Source of the DNA: Setoptus koraiensis
Taxonomy: Eukaryota > Animalia > Arthropoda
DNA: 64,000 nucleotides
NCBI GenBank assembly: GCA_048013815.1
Contig: CM106586.1
Location: forward strand, 17,794,001 to 17,858,000
Direction: 5' to 3'
The translations under genes were made by a program, and so were the position numbers. The notes under the pieces are model-generated. The model ran no database searches. It was given only the letters and a program-made list of their open reading frames with translations, and was not told the origin of the DNA. Numbering within the stretch: the stretch's first letter is position 1; each line of letters starts with the position of its first letter. Below, piece by piece: positions 49,033 through 62,700 of the stretch.

Positions 49033-50476
49033 GATGATTTTTGGCCAATATAATGAGGAGATCTGTATTTTATATGATCAGTCGTTGCTTGATTTTCAAT
49101 ATTACCAGACAATTCACTTGGTATAGAATTTCATAAGCTCGAGTGACCTCCAGGAATTGTTCAATCAACTGAGTCATCAGAAATTGTATGAAGAAATAAA
49201 TAATATGCGTGCAGCAATGTTTGATTCAAGACTGATTACATCTCGTCACTAATTTCGAACTTGATGATAATGATACAAGTTACTCAGATATAATAACGAA
49301 TGTAGCAGTTGAGTGGCAAGGGCTGGATTAATATTGGTGGATTGTGCTCCCAGTTTGTTTTGAATTATGTACAGGGACCAAACGTGAACATATGATGAGG
49401 ATAAATTTTTAGGATGATGATATGATATGATTGGACTAATAATAATCAACTTGACTTTAGAATGATGTTAATATTAATGATAATAATTTGGTGATTGTCC
49501 ATGTTATGCCGCCCCTATATAACAAAGCGCAAATATACACCATTCCATGTACATTGGTGTCCAATATGATTGATACGTGTAACCATTAAATGTTGTTGAA
49601 CTCTGCTGTAAATGTATATTATCAAAATTAAATTCGCAGCAGTGTGTTAGGTTTTTGACAATATGAGTGTCTAATGAAAAAGAAAAAAATCAAAAGAAAG
49701 AAGAATTATCCATTACCTCTACCATTAGCTATTTAGACACGCACACTCATAGCCAACAGCAAGTGAATGTACCAGGTAATGATGCAGCTTGTCCCTTGAA
49801 CTTATATCGATTGTATTCATTGGAATGCATGTAGATTAATAATAGTGCACAGTAATCGAAAATTTACACATTCTGACCCCCACTCTAGAATAGATTGTTC
49901 GTCTCGAAATTTGAATACTTTTGTTGAGATATTAGAGGACATCCATGAAAGAAGAAATGATTTAATAACATGATATAGTAATAATAACAGGGCTGATGAA
50001 AAAGCCCGGCCAAACAATGACTGTATGTGCCTCTACACTGAACAATTGCATGGTTGCTCGTGCTGCTCAATAATCGCTCGCAAATGTAAACATTCTTCAA
50101 GGATAAAATACTGCTTGTTATTTATAACTTGTAACATTGAGCCATATATACCCACACCTTGACGCTTCTTTCGCGCGGCACAGAACCATTCCTGTTGTTT
50201 ATATTAGATATCACACATCGAAACGGTGTTACATTCCAATTCATAGATTTACACAACGAACAATCAAAGATCTACTGTAAACTTGGGCTATGAGATAATT
50301 TACAACTTCAAAGCTCAATCTCATTCCGCTTGAATACCTCCGAAGATTAACATATAACGAGGGATCATCATATCGATGTCAGGCGTTTTATCATCGTCCA
50401 TAATACTCAAGCAACAGTTAAGGAAACAAAAAGCTCCAAGATCCCTTCAAACGTATGACCGCTATCAATTGCAAGG

Positions 50477-50740
50477 ATGACTGAAACTGTGGAAACTCTC
50501 AAGTCGTTGTTCGAGAATGCAGAATGTAGACTTAATACCATAATGTGCGAGATTGAGATGCGGAAATGCAAGACAAATGGTTCCTCAGTGGACCCAACAG
50601 AGCTCAGAGCTAGATTGATAGCTATCCAGGAAAAGTTTGCACTCGCCAAGAGGAACTACGACAGCGTAAAGAAAAAGCGCGATCAATACGAGGCTGAACT
50701 TTCCAAAAAGCTCGGAAAAATCGAGATAGACGCCTCCTAG
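50477..50740 (+). CDS. SKA2: Spindle and kinetochore-associated protein 2-like (87 aa)
   Basis: [23 protein letters not shown] aligns in register with SKA2 [49 protein letters not shown] aligns with [26 protein letters not shown]. Comparison is from memory. Confidence 0.65.
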   Translation: [87 protein letters not shown]

Positions 50741-50962
50741 ATCGTCCGAATATACATCGACTATGCACAAGAAAATGAATGATTGTAATGTAATCATATC
50801 AAAATAGAAGTTAGCCTAGTTATTTTATGTTAATATAATGTATTTTATATTATCGTGATTCGCTAGTCGTATGTGACTTGCACAAGACTACAAAAATATC
50901 ATACGGATGAGAGATTATAATGGTTTCATTCTACCTATAGTAGGTCACCATCAATTGTCCTC

Positions 50963-51814
50963 CTATTCGGATGATGTACTCTGTGTGCGAGCGCTAGACA
51001 GGCGTTTCCTGCGAGCATCCTTCTTCTTTCTGGCCTCACGATATCTCTGAGCGAGCAAACTGGCATACTCAGCTGCCTCTTCTCTTCGTTTGCTGGCACG
51101 TTCTTTCTTCTCTGCCAAACGCTTTCTCTTGCGTTGCAGACGACCTGGAGTGACAAGACGCTGGATCTTGGGCGCCTTGGTCATCGGCTTCTTGGGTTCC
51201 TTTTTGCCCTCCTTGGGTTTAATGGGTCGCCTAACGACGTATTGGCAAACATTGTCCTCTTTGCTCAAGTTGAACAACTTTCTGATACCGCTTGCACGCT
51301 TCGGACCCAAACGTCTCGGGATTGATGAATCTGTTAGGCCTGGTATGTCTTTCTCACCTGTGTAGTTAATGGTAGATGATTGTTTGTTTGGGGATTAGTT
51401 TTGTCTCTAAGTGATAATTTCAAGTTCACGATACATATTAGCCGCACAGGTGCTGAGAAGCTTACCTTTCTTCACGATGGTCAGGGCTAAAACACTTAAA
51501 TTAGAATCTACTATACAACCACGAACAGATTTTCGTTTACGTTCACCCTGACGCCTTGGGCGATAACATGAATGTCCGGCGGATAACAAAAGGCGAACAC
51601 GGCCATTGGTGAGTACACCCTGTTTCATCGGGAATCCTTGTTTGTCGTTACCTCCGGTTATCTTAAAGATATATCCCTTCCATTCGTCTCCGATGGAGTC
51701 GCCCTCCACTTCGGTGCCCATTCTTTTATCGAAGAATGGACGCAATTTACGTTCATCTTCCACCTCGACTAATTTCTGGCATCCAGTGGATGCGTAAGAT
51801 ATGTTGAGCTTCAT
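50963..51814 (-). CDS. RpS6: 40S ribosomal protein S6 (eS6); exons 51814-51466 and 51357-50963
   Basis: MKLNISY..TGCQKL...[15 protein letters not shown]...[10 protein letters not shown] 108-nt GT-AG intron restores [33 protein letters not shown]-terminal RRKRLSS phospho-cluster. Confidence 0.98.
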
Positions 51815-51899
51815 GATTGACGGTAGGCCTCTTTAAATCGAACGAGTCACCTTCCTAAATTTGCACAATTGCGTGGAAACCAAAATCTCTATTGAAGTC

Positions 51900-51907
51900 T
51901 ATCGATA
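51900..51907. promoter_or_regulatory. DRE-like TATCGATA ~90 bp upstream of the RpS6 ATG
   Basis: Perfect palindrome in a housekeeping-gene promoter position; function in this taxon is unknown. Confidence 0.35.
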
Positions 51908-54900
51908 TTGTCTAGTTGTTATAACTAACCGGCGATAACCAATAATAATATAATGAAAATATGCAACTAACACAAATTTTAGAAGAATGACTCTCACGTG
52001 TGCGACCTGCCGTTCGTTTACAAGACTGACAATCACCATGAATCGGAAGTCAGCGCAAGCGCCATCTGACGGTCGCACCAAATTGCGCCGCGAAATTCAA
52101 ATGACGAAAAGATCGATTGGGGGCGCACATAAGCAACAACTGTGCGGATATTCACCACACTTGTTAGCACAGAATTTCTGTGCGTTCCTTCGAATTTCGT
52201 CAGACTACTAATTTATGCTCTAGCTTGGTGGTCTTCATCATCAGCTTTTGGTTTAGTTTGTTTTAGCACAAACCGGAACAAGATAGAAAAAGAAGCTCCT
52301 GTCTCGATTGATTCATATTAGAAAAGTAATTAGAAGGTAAGCTAACAATACCATGGCTATGCCATTGTTAAGTGTCTTTGTATGCAATAACTTTGGCACA
52401 CATACACGTATCGATTGCGTTATAATATCAATCATGGTCACGATCTGGCTCGAGGCAACTTCTTTATATATTCACCGGAATGAATCGATGAATTTATGAT
52501 GATCGTTATCAGGGGGCACCGTCGGGCACCATGTGCGAGTTCATGTTAGAAGCATCTTTGATTGATGATTAATTAATGGTCTGGCTTGTATTGCTAGAGG
52601 AGCCCAGACGATGTTTATGTACGATTTGGCTTCGTTTAAGCGCACATTCAACAATTATTATGATCATGATCACAATTTTAAAATCAAATACTCATCGTCA
52701 GCATATTGACGATGAGTTGCAAACTTGAACAATGATGATACCAAGCGGCGAGACGTCGAGACGTCGAGACCAAAATAGTTCGTTTAGTGTGATAAGTAAG
52801 TTAGTAAGTATGCAGTGAGTTTTGTTTATTTTGTTTATTATCGCTGTGGCTGGCCAAATAAGAGCGCTTTGAAGTGGATAAACTCAAGAGGTAGTGGCAC
52901 GCTTTGTTTTTGCTGGCTCTTGTTGCAGCACGATATGTTACAATTAACGATAGTTTATTAATTCTTGATGTTAGCCATCAGCATCATTGTTGTGGAATGT
53001 TCTTGCTTGCGCCCGGCTACCTGGCGTGTCGGCACGCTCTGACACTAGACTGGAAGAAGAAACTGAGGTCATGAAGAAGAAGAGAAGAGGAGAAAGGATT
53101 AACTTGGTCTTAATTAGAGGCTACTCACCTCAATTTAGTGCTGATGGTGTTCACATTATGTTTATGATTGATTTGATTGCACATAGTTTGAGCTCACCTG
53201 TGACGAGACAAGTTGCTCTGGATAGCAATGGTTTTGATGGCAATAACGCATGGCATGCTCTCATGCATAAGTATGAGGCTGACATAAGTATGGCTGACAC
53301 ATTTGGATGAGACGAGACGAGACGATAAGGGACGGGACATGATTGCTGATAAGTGCTTATTCCAGGTTTCAACGACAACGAACAACTACTGATTAATTGT
53401 GTTCACGGTGCCTCTTCATTATGAACTCTTCATTATAAAACGCACACATTTTATAAAAAAGATAATAATGATTGCTGCACACTCATTGATCGCTGATTGT
53501 GGAAACCCAAAACAAATCTTATCCATTGGCGTGACATAACATTATAATGATTGTAAATGTTGCTTGTGAATATTGACTGAATATCGGCTTGCTGCAATAG
53601 GTGTAACTGTTTTCGTTTGTCGCTCATGTCGCTGGCAACTTGTGTCTACTTGTGTCTGCGGGCCCGAACATCCGGTGCGCGTTCGCGCCAACGACTGGAC
53701 GACCGGACGACTCGACACGGACAAGCGGACAAATTATTATGTTGTTTAGAATTGATTTCTGGATGCTCGCCGAGGCGCCTTTCAACACTGGCTCGTGTCG
53801 CCGAGTGGCCATGCGACACTTGATCGCCATTCAATTAACTGGTCATGTACGTTCTTAGAATGGTCGGTCTTTCGGGCCTCACGGGCTGAAATATGAAACA
53901 AAAAACGTACCCCCAAAAGTTGCTGGCGTCGTTTAGTGGTGGCTTGTCGTTGAGCAATATGCACGTAGTTACGTGATATGCGTATATGTGTTTTATAAGT
54001 TGTTGGTGTTGTGTCGAAATTGATTGATTGCCAACTGACCATCGACATTGAGTGCCAGTGTGTAAAAGTGTGTATGTGTTGCGCTGGCTGGCAAATTGTG
54101 TATGTTTGTACTAAGTGCTTTGCACTCGTTTTACTGTCATCTGTCGATCGCAAAATCCGATTAGAATCCGATCTGATCTAGTGAGTCTCTCTTATTATTG
54201 TAGTCGTTGTCGCATCATTTGCAGTGAGAAAAAAGTCTGGCTTGTCCGTCGGTGGTGTGCCCGCTTTTGTACAATTACTCTACATAATCTATATTTATCT
54301 GTCTGTCCACACAAATACACAACGGCGCTGACATGAGCCGGCCGACATTCGCTCTCTGATGATTGTAATTGGAAACAAATAATCTTAATGCATTTATCAA
54401 ATGCTAATAGTGGTAGCATTTGCTGGCCCGTCGTTGATGTTGTCAGTGGCATAGCGCACTCTCGCAAACTCGTCATCAAAAACAAACCATCTCATCATTA
54501 CTGGTTCACCGGTAATGTAAGGAGACCCCCGATGGGGGCCAGCTTTTGGCACGACGGGCACATAGTGATCCATTTGCAGCTTAGCAAACTGTACAAGTAT
54601 AGTTTCGATAGGTTCAATAGGTTGGATATGTGACGCACGCCAGGGCTCATATGATATATGTTTGACATATATAGAGCAATATATATAGAGTAGTATTTAG
54701 TGCAAGTTGATAGCATCATCGTTGCCGGTCGTGGGCCACACGAATCACCGAAAACTCCATACCAAACCATACCAAACCATACCAAACCATGCTAAACATA
54801 TATCTCATCATGTCCAGTCTATTAATGATGAGCCGCCTGCAGTCTATTAGGGCCAACTATTATTATGCGCTCCTCACACGACACGAGGCACACATGTGAC

Positions 54901-57619
54901 GGCAGGGAGAAAGTTATTCAGATTGTCGTGATGGTTATTGGTGACAAGCACGTAATATTTGTTGACACACTCTCTCTCTCGTGCTGTCGTGCCGATGACT
55001 TTTTGAGTCAACAACGACGATGACCAGCATGGCGCTCTCGTCCGGCCGCTGTTCGGTGCACGGTTGTTGTCGAGCAACAACAACAACAACAAACAAACAA
55101 ACATCATGTTTGAAACATGGAGCGCTTGTCGCCGCGACAACGACAACAAAAGATACTCTCGCAACACAAATATTGGCCCTGTCGCTCTTGCGTTCTGGCC
55201 CATCTATCTTCTGGTCGAGATGCCCGACAAATCGCCCTTCGGCCACCTCCGTGGGCCACACAGAGCCCATAGAGGTGGCGCCAGTTTCGAGTTGTTTGTT
55301 ACTACTAGTTAATCTAGCCAGTTTAGTTTTAGCCTGTTTAGTTTTGGGCCTGTTTAGTTTTAGCCAGTTTCGCGTGCCCGCCGGCCACTGGCCGCCACTG
55401 CAAGCTCGCCAGTGATTGGCCCTGTAGGCCGCCTAAATACGCACTAAATACGCACTAATTACGCACTAAATAATACGCAATGGCCGATATTTGCGCCATC
55501 ACGCATTATTTAGTAACGTAGTTAATTAATTGGTCAGTTGATAGGATATCAGTTGCTAATCATTTGCGCGACGATGACAATGACGGGCGCAGCTTGCGCA
55601 ACGCACTGGCGCTGGCGGGTGATTTATCGCCGGAACGAGTGTCGCAACCAGCAGCTCGCCACCGGTGATTTGGGTTGATTTGAAGCCTCCGTACACGTAC
55701 GTATCGGTTATTAGTATTTATCATTATTAATGAATATTTTACGGCAGCTACATGCGTTTATTTAGAAAGCCCGACAAACATTTAGACGAGCAACATTTTT
55801 CGAAACAACGCCGGCGAGGCGAGACACTTGCAACAACTCGTTGCTTTGTTGCCTTGTCTGAAAAAAAAAGTCGACTGAAATTGCTCGCGATGAATTTGCG
55901 AGTTTGAACGAGTTTGAAGTCAATCTGACCACCTGGTGGCGGTCACCAGCATTTATGGTGTGTAAATTAGTGATGCAAATGGCCTGCATTAACAACCAAG
56001 CAAAGCAGCAGTGTGTTGCCACAATACAGATAGATGGAGCCACCTGTCACTTGAAGCATTCAAGTTGAAGGCATCCGTCCGTGCAATCCGGCAATGGTGG
56101 CCAGCCGTAAGTGTGCCCATCAAGTGTCATCAATCAGACCGTTTAACAATGTTTAAATCACATTCAGCTGTAAATGTCAACTGGAGCTCGCTGGCAACGG
56201 TGAAGACCGAACGACGGAAGGTCGAACGAGACAGAGCTGGCAAGACAGAGTCACAAGGCGGGGGAAGCATGTCAAAACGGATGTGACATTGGTGACAGTT
56301 ATTCGGTTGGTTGTTGAATCAGCTGATGAGCGAGCAGTCGTGCAAATGGCGATCTGTCAGATATGAATCTGACAGTTGCTCAGCCGATGACAGCATCGGC
56401 GTTGAACAACATTGCAGTGTTGAACACTGTTCAACATACGAACATACGGCCAGTGGTCGTGTTCAACAGTGACCACTGGTCAAGATGGGAACGAGCGGGC
56501 CAATTGGCATTGGTTTTGCACGATGCGCGGCTTGCGACCGGCACGACCGGCCCGAGCCACTCGAGTCAACGCAAGTCGAGTCAACGGTGCCTAATCAAGC
56601 GTTGATTTGCTAATTTCATCACTGTTACACACACACACACACACGGACGAACAAGCCCAGCGTGTAACAAGCCCACAGTTCACCTGTGCTCACCTGTGCT
56701 CACCTGTGAGTCACGGGCCGTATCATAGTGGTATCAGCTGTATGGTGGCCGTGTCGTACTGTTGCCCAAATCTCACCTGTATGGCGGTGCGAGTGTGCCG
56801 ACGGGCAACCGTGCCGGCGATCTGGTAACAGTGTTGATAAGTGAGCGTGTGGGACAGGCGACCGGGCAACGGCAACAAATTGAATATGTGCTAATGATGA
56901 TAAAGTTTAATCAGACGATACTAACTTTTCGGCTGGCTCTCATTTTTATCTTGCTTTTTATTTGTTTGTGTGTCTGTTTGTATTTTATTGTGTGCGCCGA
57001 TTCGGCGCGATTCGCCGCTTCCCCTCGAGTCGGCGCTTCCATTCGAACGGCGAACGCATTAGCGGCGAATATTATTCAAATATTGCCGATAATCATTGCG
57101 GGTCGCTTGCCCATTGTGCGCTCGTTACGACCTTTTGCCGCGCTGTTGTCGGCCCTCGCTGTCGGGCCGTCGCTTCGGTCGTTGCTGCGCCCACCAATTT
57201 ACAACAATCGGCGCAAGTTTGTTGATAATGAGTTTAATTGTTGCTTACCGTGAATCGCAACAGTGCGAGCGGAGCCGACAAGAAGCGAGGAGAAGCGAGA
57301 ACGAGCGAGCGGAATCAGGCGGATCGAGCACGGCGAGCGCCGCGCAAACTGGAGCTCGCCGCTTTTATTGATATCGGGATGCGCTCGCTGCAACCGTAAT
57401 AACTAACGCTAATAACAAGTGTTAGTGCGCGGTCATTGTTGCCGTTAATTGTATTGGCCGGCCAGTTAAGCGGGGCACCGACATTAGACAATTATCTCGT
57501 CAACTGTGCCCACTTGGGCATCCACCTACTTCCGGTGGCCGAGCGCACTCGTTGCAGCGACAGCTCGCACGATAATGGCAATTCAAGCGATATATTATTG
57601 AGCGATGCCAAATCTCGTT

Positions 57620-57730
57620 GCCGAGTATCGCCGAATATCGCCGAGTATCGCCGAGTATCGCCGAGTATCGCCGAGTATCGCCGAGTATCGCCGAATATCA
57701 CCAAATATCGCCAAGTATCGCCAGATATTG
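57620..57730. repeat. 10-bp minisatellite (GCCGAGTATC) x ~11
   Basis: Directly visible tandem array, degenerating at the right end. Confidence 0.95.
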
Positions 57731-58723
57731 AGCTTGCGCATCCGCTGCTCTCGCCGGACGCACACTGGCCAATTCATTTGCGGGTCGCTACCAACCGTTG
57801 GCGAGCGACCGGCCGTTGGCGAGCGACGAGCGCCCACCTTAACGGTCGCCAAGTTAACGCCGCCAAGCTAACGGTCGCCAAGTTAACGGTCGCCGACGCA
57901 GCGAGTGTCGCAGCCGCCGGCATGCGACAACAACAATTGCGTAATGCACACACCTATCAACTGTTGTTTGCGCCACGCTATTGCCATAACTGTTACATAA
58001 CGCAACTGCTAGGCAACTGTTACGCCAATCGCTTGTTATGTTACGTAACTCGCTTGTATGTTGCGTAACAAGGCTGCTGCTGCTGCTGCCACATGAACTG
58101 GCCGGCATGAGCTGGCTGGCGTGAGCTGGCCGTCACACACTTAATCATAAGTCATCATTTGCGTCATCATTAAATAAGCGCACGCGATTTAATTTGTTGG
58201 CACACGCAACATTCGTGAACCGGCCACCAGATTACAGAGCGAGACAGCGACAGAGACAGCGAGAGATTAATAGATTGCGCAACTTACTTACGGCCTCGTC
58301 ATCGCTGGACACAAGCGCCAATTCGCTTGCGCCATGCAGCTCGCCATGCCGCTCATACAACAGATTCGCCCGACATGCACCCGAGATACACCTGAGCCGG
58401 CCCGACAGGTAAGTCGCCGTCAGCAGTTGCTGTCATTGTGGCGTTGCGCAATATCATGGCCGGCGCCGCATTGCCCAAGTTTAGCCGAATGCATAGCCGC
58501 AGTGTATCATCGCATGTTACATATGTGCCATACAGGCATTGTATCCATGGTCGCCCCTTTGCGGCAATCGGCCCGCGACGAGATCACACGGTCAGCTGAT
58601 CACATGGGCAATGGTGGCGCTTGTTTGCGGAGCGATGTGCATCTATCAATTAAATGGCCGCAGTAAATAATAAATTGGCCCGCCAGGAGCAATGACATCT
58701 CCATCTCGGCTCTCCCCTCTCCC

Positions 58724-58830
58724 TCCTTTGCTCCCTGCGCCTCCTTTGCTCCCTGCGCCTCCTTTGCTCCCTGCGCCTCCTTTGCTCCCTGCGCCTCCTT
58801 TGCTCCCTCCGCTTGCTTTGCTCCCTTCGC
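58724..58830. repeat. 18-bp minisatellite (CTCCTTTGCTCCCTGCGC) x ~5
   Basis: Directly visible; it produces the GAKEAQ / LLPAPP / GSKGGA shadow ORFs. Confidence 0.93.
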
Positions 58831-59639
58831 TCGCTCGCTCGCTGCCGTTGCGTGCGCCTCTCCGGCGCTTCTCCGGCGATCGGAGAGCCAGGCTGAGCGA
58901 AGGGAGCGAGGGAGAGTTTGCGCACTCGCCAGGGAGAGCCGGGCCACAGCGAGACTGGGCTCCTCGCCTCCCCTGCGATCTGTGCATGTTGACGTAGCTC
59001 GCTGTGGCCATAACTTGCTATTTCTGAAACGGTATCAATCATCGCTCATCGCCCAACAATCGCCCAACAATCGGCCCGGCTCGGCCCGGCTCGGCGCCAG
59101 AGCGAGCAACAACAACGAGATTAACGGCAGATTATCTGCCGGTTGCACACTCGCTCGGACAATGACCGAGCGGCCGGTTGTTGCAGTCGCATTGGCAGTC
59201 ACAGTCACAATTACGCTTGCAGTTGACGGCACACGGCGGGTATAAATATCCACAAATATAATATATTATTATATAATAGATATTCGCTTCGCTCGTTTGA
59301 TTGCTCCAAATCACGGCTTCGGCTATCAGCGCAATCACCTTGGCTGGCCGACTCGCTCTGATCATCCGAGTCAGACCATCCGAGCGAGATCATGTGAGCG
59401 AGATGATGCGAGTGCGATGGTCAAGTGACTGGCCTCGCGGCGGCCAGTTAGCGATCCATCTTGGCGCTGGCGTCGCCGCGGCGCGGCGCATTATCCATCA
59501 TTTAGTGGCGCGCAAACAAACAAACGAACCGGCTAACTCGTTAGGCAACAGGTGTAATCGCTCTAGTTGGCACACTATAAAGTTTAGTTTGCACTGCAAA
59601 AGGTAAACTTTATAGTGTGCCATGATACGAGCTTAATGC

Positions 59640-59725
59640 GCCGACGAGCCACCAGTCGGCCGATGAGCCAGCGGTCGGCCGATGAGCCGGCAGTCGGCCG
59701 ACGAGCGAGCCAGCAGTCGGCCGCT
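59640..59725. repeat. ~20-bp tandem repeat with an internal palindrome (TCGGCCGA) x ~4
   Basis: cagtcggccgatgagcc units, with no unique spacers. Confidence 0.85.
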
Positions 59726-62700
59726 CATTAGGACGAAAGATTATTGTTGCATGATTATCGGCACTAGCTCGGCCAATATCGCGCCATGTCAGTGATGTAA
59801 TGGCCCTAATTAAAATTAAACGCTACAATTGGAGCAGCGCAAGCTGGCCAGACTGACAACATCTTGTTCAGTCTGTCAGCACGACTTTCGCTTCGAGGCG
59901 CCCGGCGCGGGCACAAGTGCGATCACTTTTGCCGGCTCGCATGCCCACTGTATATGGCCCGGTCCGTCAATACGAAATTCGTATTACTGCCATGTTTGCC
60001 GTATGTCTGCTATGTGTACGCCGGCTATTTTAGTCGGCGCACAATTGTCAGTGAGCAAATGACCGGTAGGCGACCAAGCAACGAATTAGCTAATTAATAA
60101 CGCAAGCCAATTTGTCAGTGTTGCGTCATCGTGTGATCCAATTTTAGCAAACATTAAACAGCAAACAGCAAATAACAAATGTAAATTTGAATCTGAATGG
60201 ACGCATTCATTCAAATGGACACATATGCAGATGATGATGGCGCACTGGTGGCCAAAGTGGCCATCGTCGGCTGCTCCAATTTGAGTGCAGTGAATTGGGT
60301 GTCATCACAATGCTGCGCAACTGTCGCCGTTCTGTTTATTTATAACTATTTCCATTCAAATAGTTACATAATAAACAGTTTTCAAGAGAACAGTTACACG
60401 ATAAACAGTTTTAATGAATACAGTACAGCGCAATAGACAGTTGCACAATGAACAGTTGCAATAAATAGTTGCTACAAATGTGTCAGACAGGCGCGACACT
60501 GTCTGCACAGCACAAGGGCCTCACTGTGCTCATTATTACGTAATGTGTGTATATGGTGCTGCCTATTTGCATACTTGCGACACTGGCCCATTTTTGCCCA
60601 TCAAGTGCCCATCAAGTCACAACAGTGCTGGCACGCACCTTGTTGCGCAATCGCCACAACTGTCTGTCATTCATCAAGTGTCTGTCAGACGCTCGCCAGA
60701 CAGACACCTGATGAATGGCGATTATCAATGCAACACCAGCTCACAATATTATGTCAGCATCATGTTTTATCTGACCAGCTCATATCATGCCATTGAGCCA
60801 AAGAAAAGATTTGATCTGAGCAGCGTTACATAACGAGCCGGCCAAGCGAATGGTTGAATGGTCAATCACATATAACACATATAACACATATAACACATAT
60901 GCTACACACCATGATATAAACTGAAAGTGCGGCCATGGCGCAAAGTAGCCACAACAAGCGATTGAATGATTCAATTTTGAATCACAGAAATCAATCAGCA
61001 GCATTCAATTTCGCACAGTTCGTGGCCCTTTGACTGCTCGTAGCAGTTTAACGAGAGCGATAATTGATAATTAATTTTTTCAATTCTCATTTTCAACTGG
61101 CAACTGGCCAGCGTTACAGGCCTGTTGCAAGTTGTTGTGCATCAGTCATTTGTTGCGCTACGTAATTGTTATGCTGTGTAATTGTTGTGTTATGTAATTG
61201 TTGTGTTTTGAATTGTTGCGTCATGTAATTATGTTGTGCCGTGCGTGCTGATTGCCACTGATTAAGGTTGGCCACTGTCTGCCAATGTGTGTGTGTGTGT
61301 CCGCGACAAGTGTCTAGACATGGCTGCGCAAGCGGAAATGGGCCGGCGAGATTGAGGTAAGCGGCGCCTCAATTAATCAAATCGATCAAATTATTCGATT
61401 CGAACGCGGTCGAACGCGGTCGAATGCGGTCAAACGCAGTCGGGCCGGCGGCGCTCGGGCAACGGTCGCCGGCTAGATGCGAGCTGATTGATGGCATGAT
61501 GATACACAAATGATACAACGGGCAAATCAAAAAATATGCGTATAAACGGGCAACGACTAGCGACGTTGTTACGTCATACGCAGTGACGGTGCTCGTCGGG
61601 CGAGACACATCCCAAGAGCGACTGTGACACGATCCAATTAGATTACAATCGCATCAAATATCCAGTGCTGCCTCTTTCCGGGCAAATAGTTGCGGCCGAA
61701 TTGGCCAGTGGCCGCAACTGCCGCCCGCCGACTTGCTGCGGTCTCGCAATTTGTGCGCGCCGTCCCGTCCCGTCCCGTCGCGCCTGGTCTCGTCTCGCTT
61801 GATTAGCGCCGGCTTCATTGCACCCACTGGAGCGCCGCAACATCGCCCGCGCCACACCCTCATTATGGCCGATGCGCCGGACGGCAGCCACTTCCGCTTT
61901 TGATCCCAATCAAGCCGCAATGTCAGCATCGGCGATTAGGCCAACAGAAGCCACGTTACCTGTCGAGAGAGTCACACTGGCCGAGGCACCTCGGCGGCCA
62001 GTCGTCGGTTGTCGGCTGATGCCAGTGTGGCCGCATGTGAGCACGGAATGGGTGCGGATGGATCGCAACGAACGCATGCAAATACGCACAAATACGGGAC
62101 GATTGGCAAAATTGAATCGGCTTGGCCAGTGGTCAGTTCGGGGTGACGCGGCCGCAGGGGCGGCCGCAGTCAAAACTGTTGACTCAAAATACAAATAGCG
62201 CAAAATCACACTCGCGGCCACTTGCCGCAAATTTGGCGCGCTTGTTCCGGCATTGTATCACCGCATAATCGGCCCGGGCATGCATTATTCATTGCTCTCT
62301 CATTTCATTTGACTAACTAAATGACCAACTAGTTAGCTGGCCGACTCGGGCCGCTGAAGCAAACCGCCACAAACCGCCACAAATGCTCGGGCAGCGACAC
62401 AGAGCCGCCGAGTTGTGGCGCGAATCGGGCGGCCGAGTTTTTGGCCGGCGCAAGTCGTGCTAAAAAACGCTCCAATCACAACAACAGCAGCCTGCCGACC
62501 AATCGAGTCGAACCAGGTGAGTGTACCTGAGCTATGCAAATGTTTACAGCTGGCTTCTTTGTTTCCGCTGTCTGACAGACGGCGACTCTGTTGCGACTTG
62601 GTCATCGCAATTTCGGCAATTGCACTAACTCACTCATACTCGGACAACAATAATTTCGGGCTTCTTCTCAAAATATCTCGGGCCGATCGAGTCTGGCCCG

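Noticed and set aside
49300-49360. WEHNPP peptide upstream of Raf resembling the vertebrate BRAF EHNPP
   Set aside because: Five-residue match in a short closed frame with no flanking similarity or splice support; probably chance.
57436-59042. 100-210-aa ORFs on both strands (AEYRRVSPSI, GAKEAQ, LLPAPP repeats)
   Set aside because: Stop-free translations of 10-, 15- and 18-bp minisatellites in GC-rich DNA, open in several frames at once, with no homology.
59640-59725. CRISPR-like palindromic repeats
   Set aside because: Eukaryotic context, contiguous units without unique spacers, and no cas genes.
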